The notes beneath the pieces were generated by a model. It saw nothing but the letters and a program-made list of their open reading frames with translations, had not been told where the DNA came from and ran no database searches. Source: Myxococcota bacterium (GTDB taxonomy: Bacteria > Myxococcota_A > Polyangia > Polyangiales > Houyiibacteriaceae). Taken from it: DNA of 64,000 bases. A program made the translations under genes and the position numbers. Below are positions 47,901 through 57,057 of this stretch, one piece after another (the first letter of the stretch is position 1; every line of letters begins with the position of its first letter). The stretch covers positions 1 to 64,000 of the forward strand of contig JBCCEA010000023.1 of assembly GCA_039030515.1 (NCBI GenBank), read 5' to 3'.

Positions 47901-50391
47901 TGAGGGTCAAGCTGCACTAGAAGCAATACTGAGCCTGGACGAAGAGGATCCTCTTTCACTTAACACGCTCGAACAGATAGCTGTACGCAGTGGCAACCGG
48001 CGACTTCTTATTGAGGTGGACCAACGAATCGTGGCGACTGAGACCGACCCCACTACGTTGGCAGCTCATCAAACAAGACTTGGCGAGTCCTTAGAAGCTC
48101 TCGGAGATGGAAGAGCGCTCGATGCCTATAGAAGTGCACTTAGCGTTGATGATGAAAACATCGGCGCCATTCGAGGCCTTTCTCGAATCGCGGCAAAAAT
48201 CGACGATCCAATGATCCTCTCCGAGGCGGCACGACGAGAAGCTCACGTGGCCGAGGACGCTAAGGTTGCAGCAACGCTCTTGATTCGCAGTGCAGACGTT
48301 CGTGCTGCACGTCTTGAGGACGTCGAGGGAGCGCTTGCAGATTTAGAGCATGCTTTAGAGATCTGCCCAGAAAGCGGTCAGGCGGTCTCGCGACTTTCAA
48401 CGCTACTTCGAAATCGCGGGGAATATACGCGTCTGTCCGATCTACTAGGTCGCGCAGCCTGCTCGACCAAACAAACGGAGAGAGTTGCCGAGCTGTGGCT
48501 AGAGGTAAGCGAACTACAGTCGGAGCATCTCGATAGTCTTGCCAGCGCCATCGGCTCCCTAAACCGAGGTCTCCGCTCAGATCCGAACCACCTCTCCACT
48601 CTAAGAAGACTGGCGACGCTGTACGCCCGCGACGGTCAGTGGAACGAGTCGGTACAGTTACTCAATCGAGTGCTCCAGCTGGCTCCCGATCGAGAAGTTC
48701 TCCGGGATGTGCATCTCAAACTGGCGTCGCTCTGGGACGAGAGACTCGGCGAGTCTTCTCGAGCACTGCTTAGTCTGCAAGCAGTGCTTGCCCTGGACGG
48801 CGAAAACTCAATTGCATTTTCTCGTCTTGCCGACTTGCAAGAACGACAGGGAAGACTGGACGAGGCTACGGAATCACTTGAGCGACTGCTTCAGAGCTCA
48901 GTGGAACCAGGCGAAAAAGCGTCGGCCATGGTGCGCTTAGCTCGACTAGAAATGCGAAAAGGCCATCCCGACAGGGTCGAAAAACACCTTCTCGCAGCGA
49001 TTTCACTCGACGGCCCGAATGGGGAGTCTGCGAGGGAGTATAAAACCCGCCTCAAGACGCCATCCGATTGGCAAACTTACGTACGTGCACTCAACGGCTA
49101 TCTCGCGAAACAGACAAAAGGAAGCCGTCAGTCGGTCGAAACCTATCTCGAAATGGTCCGCGTACTGTGCGAACGACTTGGACAGGTGGATACGGCTCTT
49201 ACGACTCTAGAGGAAGGGGCACAAGAAGACGACTCCATGACTTTACGTCGTGAACTTGCGTTTCGGTTTGAGTCTTCAAAACGTCATCCGCAAGCGCTTC
49301 GAGAGCTCCGAACGATTCTAGACAAGCATATCGAAGACGTGGACGTCTGGCGCGAACTCGCTCAGGTTTACGATGCTATGGGACATCCCACAGCAAGCTT
49401 GCTCGCACTGGATGTGGTGCGCCTTTTTGGTGCGGCCACGGAATCAGAACACCAGCGACTGTCTAGTCGCTCTGCACCAGTGCCGTGGATCGAGCATGCG
49501 TTCGACAAGGCACTACTTTGGAGCCTTGGGAAGTACGCCCCGGAGCAGCGAGCCGCGGTCGAGCTTCTCACTACGCTTGAGAGTGCGCTAACCAAACTCT
49601 ACCCAGCGGACCTAGATACCTTCGGACTTACCGTCAGAGACCGTATCGCCTCCAAAGACACCAATCCTACGCGTCCGATTGTAGAGCGAGTTGCCCGCAT
49701 CTTTGGCGTCAGCGGATTTGAACTATATATGCATCGTGTACGCAGCAAATCAGCATCTATTGAGCTTAGCTCGCCGCCTTCTCTGCTTTTTCCGGCATGG
49801 CTGAGCGAACTTTCAGAAGCTCAACAGATATTCTTAGTTGCTGAGCCGCTCGCAAAACTAGCTCAGCATTTCCAAGCCCTCGACAAACTTACCCCCCGGG
49901 AGCTGGAAGTGCTCTTGGCGTCTGCGTCTCGATCGGTCTCTGAGCGTTTCGGCGCAGGACTGACCAGCGAAGACTTCTTGGATGAGCAAAATCGACGCAT
50001 TCACAAGGCGCTGTCGCGACGAACTCGCAAAAGCATGGAAGAGGCAGCAGATCGATACATCAACTCGGGTCGGGTGAACTTCGCCAACTGGGTAGGGAGA
50101 GTCGATCAGATAGCTCGACGAATAGCGCTCCTGCTCTCGGGAGACCTGACCGCAGCGGTCGAAGTGCTTAGGCGAACCGACCGATCCTCGATTGAGCTGA
50201 TTCGCTCTCGATCCGCCGTCGAACTCATGCCGGACGAAACAAATGATGCGTCTGCACTCGATATTACCGAGGGTGCAAACAATCATGATCACACTCCAGA
50301 AACGATAGAACTAGTTCGTTTTTGGATGAGCGAGTCCGCGATGCAGCTGCGAGTCAGGGCGGGAATACTGCCTAAAGCAGTCATCCAGTAG
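44989..50391 (+). CDS. Giant tetratricopeptide-repeat protein (myxobacterial type)
   Basis: 1800 aa; disordered N-terminus, then many TPR-like repeats (A..Y..AL..DP....AL..L); helical C-terminal domain. Confidence 0.85.
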   Translation: MTSDPSSKKPSSPHESKGESTIELLFGELENELEQQTAQSVPVHPESSVQTPSLQQHKSEHKAFAAPVETSIKHFERPRASQKAAPPPIPDAAVQSALHTPSNLIRGSTAGTESTISKSELEPSVRTDRDIRQDPLEEAARLLIDSCEQELTEGPKPSRAAKLHYELGRLHEFPIRDLRRAAAHYREALEHAPEHVPCLHGLRRVLVGGKNYPSTLPLFDSEIRITRDNKKKAALYFEKGRLLEDVMQRREEAKEAYVSALELHKGDESILKALRQCQLDTHSFEELDKAYEQSANIVTSDSRHRAALIIERARLIEVQNPNSDEALELYETALKLDPEASQALAALKRLHSLHNRQRDLIRILEREAERTTDCRVRTMSLLRVGKIHAERLGNRAEAISAMERALRESPGDPTIVSELAALYEEGNFQEPLIDALIQLTSLVESDEERLALLHRIGQLCEESPDRREEAILHYESALKINATHVPVLQALSKLYEQEDRWTELVKMYLSEAETCRNRERSSTCYAKLAAIQETKLNNKSEAAEHYARALSLTPGHLTSFRALSRLYTEEEQWRELIELLEQAVAETGTSTQTISHLFHIGTLYENELHEPTQAAHAYKRILEYDSKHLGAVHALQRAVERASRHQDLVRALDLEIELTESQERQVALLHRTGEVLETHLANRKEALARYRSALELDPKNAAVLGSLGKLYYHSGRWEDLFEVYRRELQHTSNQDKAILLLKMATLCEERIGRDDEATELYRKAVVSDPTNSAALQALSRKLAQRQEWDEVVKVLELELSTRTDVARARLACRIGEIYDERLGQPEKAIKAYELAVHSSSDFYPATDALLRLRRQQNNWVAIAGDLEREASRATDIRITIDKLVQCGDIYAREMLEIRRAVECYQRVLELDKNHLGSLMALEQLQRKRRNWESLSEIYTALADLLQNPQARIAALREQARLRTDFGVGSEVEGQAALEAILSLDEEDPLSLNTLEQIAVRSGNRRLLIEVDQRIVATETDPTTLAAHQTRLGESLEALGDGRALDAYRSALSVDDENIGAIRGLSRIAAKIDDPMILSEAARREAHVAEDAKVAATLLIRSADVRAARLEDVEGALADLEHALEICPESGQAVSRLSTLLRNRGEYTRLSDLLGRAACSTKQTERVAELWLEVSELQSEHLDSLASAIGSLNRGLRSDPNHLSTLRRLATLYARDGQWNESVQLLNRVLQLAPDREVLRDVHLKLASLWDERLGESSRALLSLQAVLALDGENSIAFSRLADLQERQGRLDEATESLERLLQSSVEPGEKASAMVRLARLEMRKGHPDRVEKHLLAAISLDGPNGESAREYKTRLKTPSDWQTYVRALNGYLAKQTKGSRQSVETYLEMVRVLCERLGQVDTALTTLEEGAQEDDSMTLRRELAFRFESSKRHPQALRELRTILDKHIEDVDVWRELAQVYDAMGHPTASLLALDVVRLFGAATESEHQRLSSRSAPVPWIEHAFDKALLWSLGKYAPEQRAAVELLTTLESALTKLYPADLDTFGLTVRDRIASKDTNPTRPIVERVARIFGVSGFELYMHRVRSKSASIELSSPPSLLFPAWLSELSEAQQIFLVAEPLAKLAQHFQALDKLTPRELEVLLASASRSVSERFGAGLTSEDFLDEQNRRIHKALSRRTRKSMEEAADRYINSGRVNFANWVGRVDQIARRIALLLSGDLTAAVEVLRRTDRSSIELIRSRSAVELMPDETNDASALDITEGANNHDHTPETIELVRFWMSESAMQLRVRAGILPKAVIQ

Positions 50392-50506
50392 CAGCTTGAC
50401 AAAGCGCTAAAGATTCAGTCCTTTTGATGTTTCCTCCCGAGATGCGACTCGCTACTCGTACGTTCTATCCAGACGTAGTAAGTCTGGGTGGACCAACTGA
50501 GTGGGT

Positions 50507-52054
50507 CTAAAATGCCACTTCAACACCAGCGTCGACATCTACTGCGAACAACAATGTGGGAAACAGGACATTGCACTCGAGTCCTGCAAAAACTCCAAGA
50601 TATCGAAAGAAACGATAGCCGAACTGAGAGCCAATCTGGACGCTATTGAGTCCAGAGATAATAAACGGGCTCTCGTCTCCACTCTGGTCGGGTTGAAGCT
50701 GGATTTGACCAAGGCCGGTACCCAAATGAGCTGTCACGTTGATTCCAGTCTCGTCTGGCTCCGTAATCAACACTTGACCGCGAACGGCGATGAGCAGATT
50801 GGAAAGCGTCCCCTCTCCTGAATCTGGCTGAAAACGTAAGGAAGTCCCCAGCGCAAAACGTGGATGAAGGTAGTATCCAAACGCCGTTTTGATCCCGATC
50901 GCTGAAACGAGCCCCTGAGACTCCACTCGAACACAATAACTGTCCTCTCCCCTACTCTCGCAGTTCGGCTCGCCTCCGCGGATCCACGCATCGGTGGGGT
51001 CGTCGGGAACTGCAGGATTTGAATCTGCAAGCATGCCCTGACGGGCATACCCGAAACCGAAGGCACCTCCGAGTCGAAGAAAAAATCGAGGTGCCGCAAA
51101 AAACACTTCTTCTTCGTAACGAGGGTCTCGACCGTAAGAGGGCGCCACGCAAAAATTCTCACTGCAGGAAAGACCTGAACGGCAGTCTGAATCAGCCACA
51201 CAGGTATCTCCGAGATCTCCGTCAGCGCCGCCTCCGCCAGAGCATCCGGGCATGCCAGGAGGGCACTCATCTTCACCACAAGGCTGAGGTGGCGTCTGCC
51301 CGGGAAGAGCAGCGGGTGGCTGGGTACGGGTGCTCATGATGGGCACTTCGATCGGCGATTCCTGAGTGCCGGCGAAACCCAGCGGGCTGCCGTCGTTACC
51401 GAATGCAACGATATAATACTGCACCCTTGGCGCAAACACCTCGGCGCACGGGATTTCGAAACCAAGACCTCCCGTCATCCGCCACATGTCGCCTCGAGTG
51501 AACTCGCGCATTCCAGTCGACCGATAGTAGACGTAGACGTCGCCTACCGGCGCATCTGCAGGCGCCTCAACGAACACCGGAACCGCCGTCTGACTCAGCT
51601 GCTCCACCACTGGAACATGAGGTATGTTGCCCGTAGCAGTCTGCAGGGGACGTCCAGCTTCACCACCGATCGCACCTCGCTGAACGGCGATCTGGAAACC
51701 GGTCTGGACGTCGGGCGTACTGGTCAGTGGATCGAGTTGTACGTTCGGGTCGGCCCCGAGCGCGCGACGAAAGTACTCCACGCCTTCTGCGGTCTCCCCG
51801 AAACCAGCGATCGAAACCACCCCGAGATTGCAGTAGGTGCGCGCTACCGGAGGACCGCTCAAGCCCTCAGTTGTCGACATCTCAAGAGCAGACTCAAGGA
51901 GCCTTTGAGCGTTTCGCAGATCGAGATTGGTATAGGCATCCATTGCCTGACGGTTGAGGTCGAGTACTCGCTGCAGCGATCTTTGCGCGTGCGCTTCGGG
52001 TACAATGCTGAGCATCCAAAGCGAGATGCCCGCTCTCCAAATCCAGTTCCTCAT
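50507..52054 (-). CDS. Secreted TPR + Cys-rich protein with probable C-terminal outer-membrane beta-barrel
   Basis: Signal peptide (AHAQ), TPRs, Pro-rich linker, CVADSDCRSGLSCSENFC module, amphipathic beta strands ending GVEVAF. Confidence 0.72.
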   Translation of the reverse strand: MRNWIWRAGISLWMLSIVPEAHAQRSLQRVLDLNRQAMDAYTNLDLRNAQRLLESALEMSTTEGLSGPPVARTYCNLGVVSIAGFGETAEGVEYFRRALGADPNVQLDPLTSTPDVQTGFQIAVQRGAIGGEAGRPLQTATGNIPHVPVVEQLSQTAVPVFVEAPADAPVGDVYVYYRSTGMREFTRGDMWRMTGGLGFEIPCAEVFAPRVQYYIVAFGNDGSPLGFAGTQESPIEVPIMSTRTQPPAALPGQTPPQPCGEDECPPGMPGCSGGGGADGDLGDTCVADSDCRSGLSCSENFCVAPSYGRDPRYEEEVFFAAPRFFLRLGGAFGFGYARQGMLADSNPAVPDDPTDAWIRGGEPNCESRGEDSYCVRVESQGLVSAIGIKTAFGYYLHPRFALGTSLRFQPDSGEGTLSNLLIAVRGQVLITEPDETGINVTAHLGTGLGQIQLQPDQSGDESPFIISGLNSVQIGSQFGYRFFRYLGVFAGLECNVLFPTLLFAVDVDAGVEVAF

Positions 52055-52098
52055 AGCCGTGTTCTTCCATATATGGCGTAAAAACAGAGTTTAGCCAT

Positions 52099-52581
52099 TC
52101 AATCGTCGGTGCCCGTGTCGGTACGGAACAACTCGACCCTCCGATGGACCGCTCTTCCTCGGGAAGTACGATTTGATACGGCAGGCTCGGGCTCACCAAA
52201 CCCTCTTGCCGTGAGACGGGAAGGCGCGATGCCCCGCTCCTCTAGGTACGCCTGCACCGCCTCCGCCCGTCGCTGGGATAGTTGTTGGTTGTAGCCGCCA
52301 GATCCTCGACTGTCCGTATACCCCTGAATCTCCAAGGTGATCGACGCGTTCTCCTGCATAAAATGTGCCGCAGCATCTAGTGTCGAAAATGGCATTTCCC
52401 GAGTTGCATCGCGATTGGATTCGAAAGCGATCACCGATAAAGGCTCCGGGGCCAGTACATCTCGCCCTGAAACGCATCGATCTGGCTCTTCCCGTTTGAG
52501 AATGTGGGATTCGGAGCGAGTGGCGATGTCGTGGGGGTACTTCGAAGATGCCTTCAAGGGTGTTCTCGATCGGGCCGACAT
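52099..52581 (-). CDS. OmpA C-terminal-like peptidoglycan-binding domain protein (possibly 5'-truncated)
   Basis: EIQGYTDSRGS..YNQQLSQRRAEAV, GFGE..P, RRVEL; no signal peptide. Confidence 0.72.
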   Translation of the reverse strand: MSARSRTPLKASSKYPHDIATRSESHILKREEPDRCVSGRDVLAPEPLSVIAFESNRDATREMPFSTLDAAAHFMQENASITLEIQGYTDSRGSGGYNQQLSQRRAEAVQAYLEERGIAPSRLTARGFGEPEPAVSNRTSRGRAVHRRVELFRTDTGTDD

Positions 52582-52853
52582 CGGTGGCGTGCCGAGTCAA
52601 AAGGCGGGACAAACTCAGAATCCGTGTGATCCGAGGGTAGGCAAAGGTACGTGCACGGGGAAAGCCAAAGCAGATGAACGTGAAAGGTCTCCGGCTTGTA
52701 GGTGTTTCTGCACGATTTGTTAGGCGAAGAAAGCCGTTCATGAAACTACGGAGGGATTCAAAGGCCATCGGGACGCTAGCAACCTGAGCGTCGGGACGCC
52801 AACCGGAGGTCCGAGCGTGACGGATCTCCGCAGCCTATCTGGACAGTCTTGAT

Positions 52854-53423
52854 CTAGCTCCGCCGGCCAGACCAATGAAGACGTGCGATCAAGTAGACGA
52901 ATCCGGAGACCAAAAACACGCTCATGGCCACCGTTCCTTGGAACAATGGACCGCCTTGAAACGCAGCACCACCGAAGTTGCCGTGAAACTGACTATAGGT
53001 CGCCACGGTCTGCAGCTGTTTCTTTGCGACCAGAGGAACACTGCCGGCTAAGACGATAGCCGCTGCTGAGAGCAACAACGCCAGCCCGTCCCGCTGAGAT
53101 CGTATGAAGGAAGCTCCCACGAAGAATCCAAGGGAGGCGATTAGACCCTCCACGACGAAGCCCACCAGAGCAATCGCAGAGGGAACAAGGCGAACGTCGA
53201 CGAGATAGAGGAGGAACCAATCGCCGTGAAATAGGTAGAAGTAAACCGATATGGGGATAAGGACGAGGCACACGTAGAATCCATGTGCCCCAAAGCTTCT
53301 CGTGAGTATCGCTGGCCTCGGACTTACACGAAGCTCGCAGCGGCCGGCAAAGGCCGCTGCAACTCCAGCAGCGAATCCAAAGAAAACCAAAGTTGGGAGC
53401 GGCACTCGAAAAAGGTAGCACAA
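52854..53423 (-). CDS. Hypothetical integral membrane protein (about 5 TMs)
   Basis: Hydrophobic segments, HGDWFLLY motif; co-oriented with the HEAT and HzsA-like genes. Confidence 0.7.
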   Translation of the reverse strand: MCYLFRVPLPTLVFFGFAAGVAAAFAGRCELRVSPRPAILTRSFGAHGFYVCLVLIPISVYFYLFHGDWFLLYLVDVRLVPSAIALVGFVVEGLIASLGFFVGASFIRSQRDGLALLLSAAAIVLAGSVPLVAKKQLQTVATYSQFHGNFGGAAFQGGPLFQGTVAMSVFLVSGFVYLIARLHWSGRRS

Positions 53424-53546
53424 TTCGCACAGTTTCCATCGGTGGAAGTTCCAGGCCCGACTTGGGAACAGGTCCGCCTAAGTAGATCCATCGGCGCAAG
53501 CGCCTCTACCGATGCTGCGGGATCGGCCTCGAATGGCGTATCGAAT

Positions 53547-54557
53547 TCAGCGCATCCGAAGCGCCATATCGACCGCATTTTGAACGCGAACGTCGCTACC
53601 GGAGTAGGAGCTAAGCGCGCTGCGGGCACCAGCCACATCCCGCGCTGCGAGTCGCCCGAGAGAATAGGCCACCGCCATACCCACTTCGGTGGAGCCCTGG
53701 GAATCAAGCACGCTTGCAAGAGCATCAACCGCTTCGTCGCACGCATACTCTCCGATAAGTCGACCCGCTCGCATCCTCACTTCCGGATCACCATCTCCTA
53801 AGGCCGAGATCAAAGCGCCACACTCACGAAAACCACGCACCCGGATGGCGGCAACAATTGCAGCTCGACGCACGATCACGCTCTCGTCGAGCAACGCCTC
53901 TGCGATGGAGGAGGAGCCCAGCGGATGATTTAGACGTCCAAGTGCAAGAACCGCAGCGCGGCGCACGTCCGCATCCACGTCACTCTGTGCAGCCTGACAA
54001 AGTGGATCGAGCGCATCGGCATGCATCAACTCTCCGAGCGCCTCAGCCGCTCGGGCCCGGCGCACGGGGTCATCGCTTGAGACCAGCGTGGCTTGTAATC
54101 GGGTGAAGACCGCCCCTACCGCAAATGTGCGCTGCCGAAGCCACCAAGCAGAGATACGTCGCACTTCAGGGTTGCTGCTCGAGAGCAACAAACTCTCGAG
54201 AGGAGGAACACACGCGTAGCACTCGACACGTTGTCCGTGCTCCAAAATTCGAATGAGGAGGGTCGCAGAAGATGGATTACGCACCACCTCGACCATCGCC
54301 TCGACCGAAACGGGCGCGGTCCCCAGAGACTGTTCACCACATGAGCTGTAGGGAAGATGAGCACCAGAGTCATCATAGACGGGGCAATCTTGAGCGTGGG
54401 CCCGAAGCAACCCACCTATGAGGAGAAGCACAAGGACGACGCCGAGAAAAAATGTGCTTGGGGCGCCCCAACCCCCCCTAGCCGATCGTCTGTTGCCCGT
54501 ACTCAATGGCCGATCCGTTCGGGGACAAAGCCACCGGGGAGATTCCCTCGGGACCAA
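53547..54557 (-). CDS. Secreted HEAT-repeat protein with CxxC (start uncertain)
   Basis: Hydrophobic segment then AHAQ, ECYAC, repeated VR..AA.ALG HEAT/PBS motifs. Confidence 0.8.
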   Translation of the reverse strand: MVPRESPRWLCPRTDRPLSTGNRRSARGGWGAPSTFFLGVVLVLLLIGGLLRAHAQDCPVYDDSGAHLPYSSCGEQSLGTAPVSVEAMVEVVRNPSSATLLIRILEHGQRVECYACVPPLESLLLSSSNPEVRRISAWWLRQRTFAVGAVFTRLQATLVSSDDPVRRARAAEALGELMHADALDPLCQAAQSDVDADVRRAAVLALGRLNHPLGSSSIAEALLDESVIVRRAAIVAAIRVRGFRECGALISALGDGDPEVRMRAGRLIGEYACDEAVDALASVLDSQGSTEVGMAVAYSLGRLAARDVAGARSALSSYSGSDVRVQNAVDMALRMR

Positions 54558-56674
54558 TATTGTCCGCCGAGATCGGTCATTTCTACGAGCCTTCTTCGGT
54601 CTTCATCATTCAGTGATCCCCCCATATCTTCCGGATGTAAGGTGCCTTTAAATGCAAGATCCCCAGATTGACTCGCAACGTTAAGTCGTTCGATGAGCCG
54701 GCTGGTACGGGCACTGCCGGGTACCACCCAGATCGGTGGAACGTCACCTACGGCCGTAATTTCTCCCATCATCGCAGAGGGATAGAGCAGTGAAATATAG
54801 GATAGAGGATACTCAACTACATCGATCCGGTAGTGGGCCTGCGCTGGTTCAGACGAAAGATTGAGGTAGGGAATATCGAACACCTGATCGCTGCCTCCAT
54901 CTGCAGCCGGTACAACGACCTGATAGGAGCGACTGGCGAACACGTTGGCCACGCTGCCGTGACATCCGGCATTGGTGCAGTTGGCGTCGAAGATGGGTTG
55001 AATCGCCGAGTTCCAAGGCAACTCTCGACGCGCTGCGATCGGGAGATCGAAGTCTTGAGGTCCCGCCTGCCGTGCTAGCGAACTCCCTCCTTTGCGAGGG
55101 TGAACCGTTTCAGTGCGGCGCGCATGACATCCGCCACATTGCCGCTCCTCACCGGGCATCGCCTGGATCCAAAGCATCTGACTGCGGATCGACATTCCGT
55201 ATTCGTCGATCGGCTGCAGACGATAGGGCAGACGCGCCGGCACAGAAGCTAAAAAAGAACCATCTGAATATACGGTAGCCTCGCCAACAATCGCGGCTCC
55301 CTCGTGCGTGGTGAGTCCGAATTCACGCATGCTGCCGACCTCTGAGGAAAACCCTTCGATGATCCGAACCCTCTGCGCGTGAGCGAGAGCGTCACTCAGA
55401 TCCATACCATCGAGCGGACCACCGCGAACCACTTCATCGAGAGAGGTGACGGTGATGTCGACGGATCCAAGAGTCGCGGGCTCTGAACTGTCGATGGGAC
55501 GCCCAAGGGCGGCATCGCGAACGGCGTGACCTCTGCGGTCCACCACGGGATGAGCCATCAACTCGCTGTAGAGCGGATCATCGTAAAGCAACGTGCGGGT
55601 GCCGGTTCGGCGATCGAATAGGTAAAGTCCAAAGTTCGGCGCAGCACGGGCACGTTCGCTACGTTCGTTGACGTCTCCGTTGGCCCAACTGACAAGCAAC
55701 CGATCATCGTCGAGGGAGATAGGATGCGCGTAACGCCCGACGTGGGTGGGCGGACTCCGTGGTCCGGTGGGAACTGCGGGAGTAAGCATCTGATAGCGCA
55801 CGTGCTCCTCATCGAGCACCTCCAAACTTGTACTCGAACGGGTATCGAGTTCGACGATTGCTCCCGCTTGAAACGTCCCTTCCAGGCTAGTCGCGATACC
55901 TAAATAACGCCCGTGCGCGATTTCACTAAACTGCACTAGGCTGTTTGCAGGTTTGCCGTGATGTCCTGCCAAAGCGATCATCTGCGTGCAGTCCGGATTC
56001 ATGGCATAGAGCTTTACGTCGTTTATGGGGCCCAAGTGTTCCCATCTAGAAAAACCGATCCGGCCGTCAGACATCAGAAACGGTTCGGCACTATGAGAAA
56101 GACTCTGTGAACAGAGGCGAAGATCGGCTTCCCCGTTTTCGGCAGTCATCAAAGCAAGTTGGACAACATCGCGACCACGACCGTATTCATCGGCACGGCG
56201 GCCCATTTCGGTATAGTGACGGTTGGTCAGAAAAGCGATGCCGTTTTCGGATATCCATCTTGGCTTTACGTTGGACGATTCACTGAGTGTGAGTTGACGA
56301 ATCGTTGGGTCGCACTCGAGACTGGCTACATAGATCTGATGATTTCGATCACCTGCATGAGCCATCGCGAATACGACTTGAGTCATATCAAAGGATATAT
56401 CTATACCGTTGATATCGACCCCAGAGTACGACGCGGTGAGATCGCATTGCTTTTTGGTGCTGGGGCTCCATAAAACAAGCCGGCCGTTTGGAACTGCCTC
56501 AGCGTAGTCGACCACTTGTCCCGGGCGAACAAGCTCGGAGCCGTCGTCGTATCGAGTTCCGCGCTGAGCGAAGACGATGGAATTCGATCCGATACCTGGA
56601 AATTCTTCCCCAGAGTCTGAGCATCCGAGGAGCACCGTAAGCATCAGACCGACTCGCAAAAACGCACAGTTCAA
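54503..56674 (-). CDS. Hydrazine synthase alpha-subunit-like (HzsA-related) heme lipoprotein
   Basis: Lipobox LLGC, TolB-like propeller, middle domain GEATVYSDGSFLASVPA..QPIDEYGM..PGEERQCGGCH, second motif CTNAGCH. Start taken at TTG 56674 after GAGG. Confidence 0.78.
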   Translation of the reverse strand: MNCAFLRVGLMLTVLLGCSDSGEEFPGIGSNSIVFAQRGTRYDDGSELVRPGQVVDYAEAVPNGRLVLWSPSTKKQCDLTASYSGVDINGIDISFDMTQVVFAMAHAGDRNHQIYVASLECDPTIRQLTLSESSNVKPRWISENGIAFLTNRHYTEMGRRADEYGRGRDVVQLALMTAENGEADLRLCSQSLSHSAEPFLMSDGRIGFSRWEHLGPINDVKLYAMNPDCTQMIALAGHHGKPANSLVQFSEIAHGRYLGIATSLEGTFQAGAIVELDTRSSTSLEVLDEEHVRYQMLTPAVPTGPRSPPTHVGRYAHPISLDDDRLLVSWANGDVNERSERARAAPNFGLYLFDRRTGTRTLLYDDPLYSELMAHPVVDRRGHAVRDAALGRPIDSSEPATLGSVDITVTSLDEVVRGGPLDGMDLSDALAHAQRVRIIEGFSSEVGSMREFGLTTHEGAAIVGEATVYSDGSFLASVPARLPYRLQPIDEYGMSIRSQMLWIQAMPGEERQCGGCHARRTETVHPRKGGSSLARQAGPQDFDLPIAARRELPWNSAIQPIFDANCTNAGCHGSVANVFASRSYQVVVPAADGGSDQVFDIPYLNLSSEPAQAHYRIDVVEYPLSYISLLYPSAMMGEITAVGDVPPIWVVPGSARTSRLIERLNVASQSGDLAFKGTLHPEDMGGSLNDEDRRRLVEMTDLGGQYWSRGNLPGGFVPERIGH

Positions 56675-57057
56675 TTGCGAGACCTCACCTAGCGGAGGTC
56701 CATAGCGAAGTCGCCCCATAACCACGGAGAAATCGCCCTGTAAATTGGCGACGGATCGAATATCGAATGGAGGAATCGATCGCGACTTGAATTCTCGAGT
56801 TCTCGCGGGAACGTATTCCTCAAGTAGACAAGGATAACCCCTGGGAACCGGTTTTAAAAGAGCTATGCTGAACATTCGACATGACTTCGGTGTTTGAGAC
56901 AAAGCTACCTCAGTCAAGCTGTCCAAAAAGGCCATCGAGACTCGTGTCTGAATCACGATCAACGCTCCTGCCGAGTCTAAGAGTCCGCAAGGCACGACGG
57001 GGCCCGTCCAAGTATCCAGCGCCATGCGTGCGCGCAATCACATCTCAACTGTTTCGG

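Noticed and set aside
50392..50506. TTGACA and a small hairpin between convergent genes
   Set aside because: No correctly spaced -10 element and no U-tract after the hairpin.
54503..56674. True anammox hydrazine synthase
   Set aside because: No hzsB/hzsC adjacent and the genomic context is myxobacterial; only domain-level similarity is supported.
56675..57057. Long N-terminal extensions of the HzsA-like and DsbD ORFs that overlap each other
   Set aside because: Signal peptides lie further downstream in both ORFs; this stretch is more likely a divergent promoter region.
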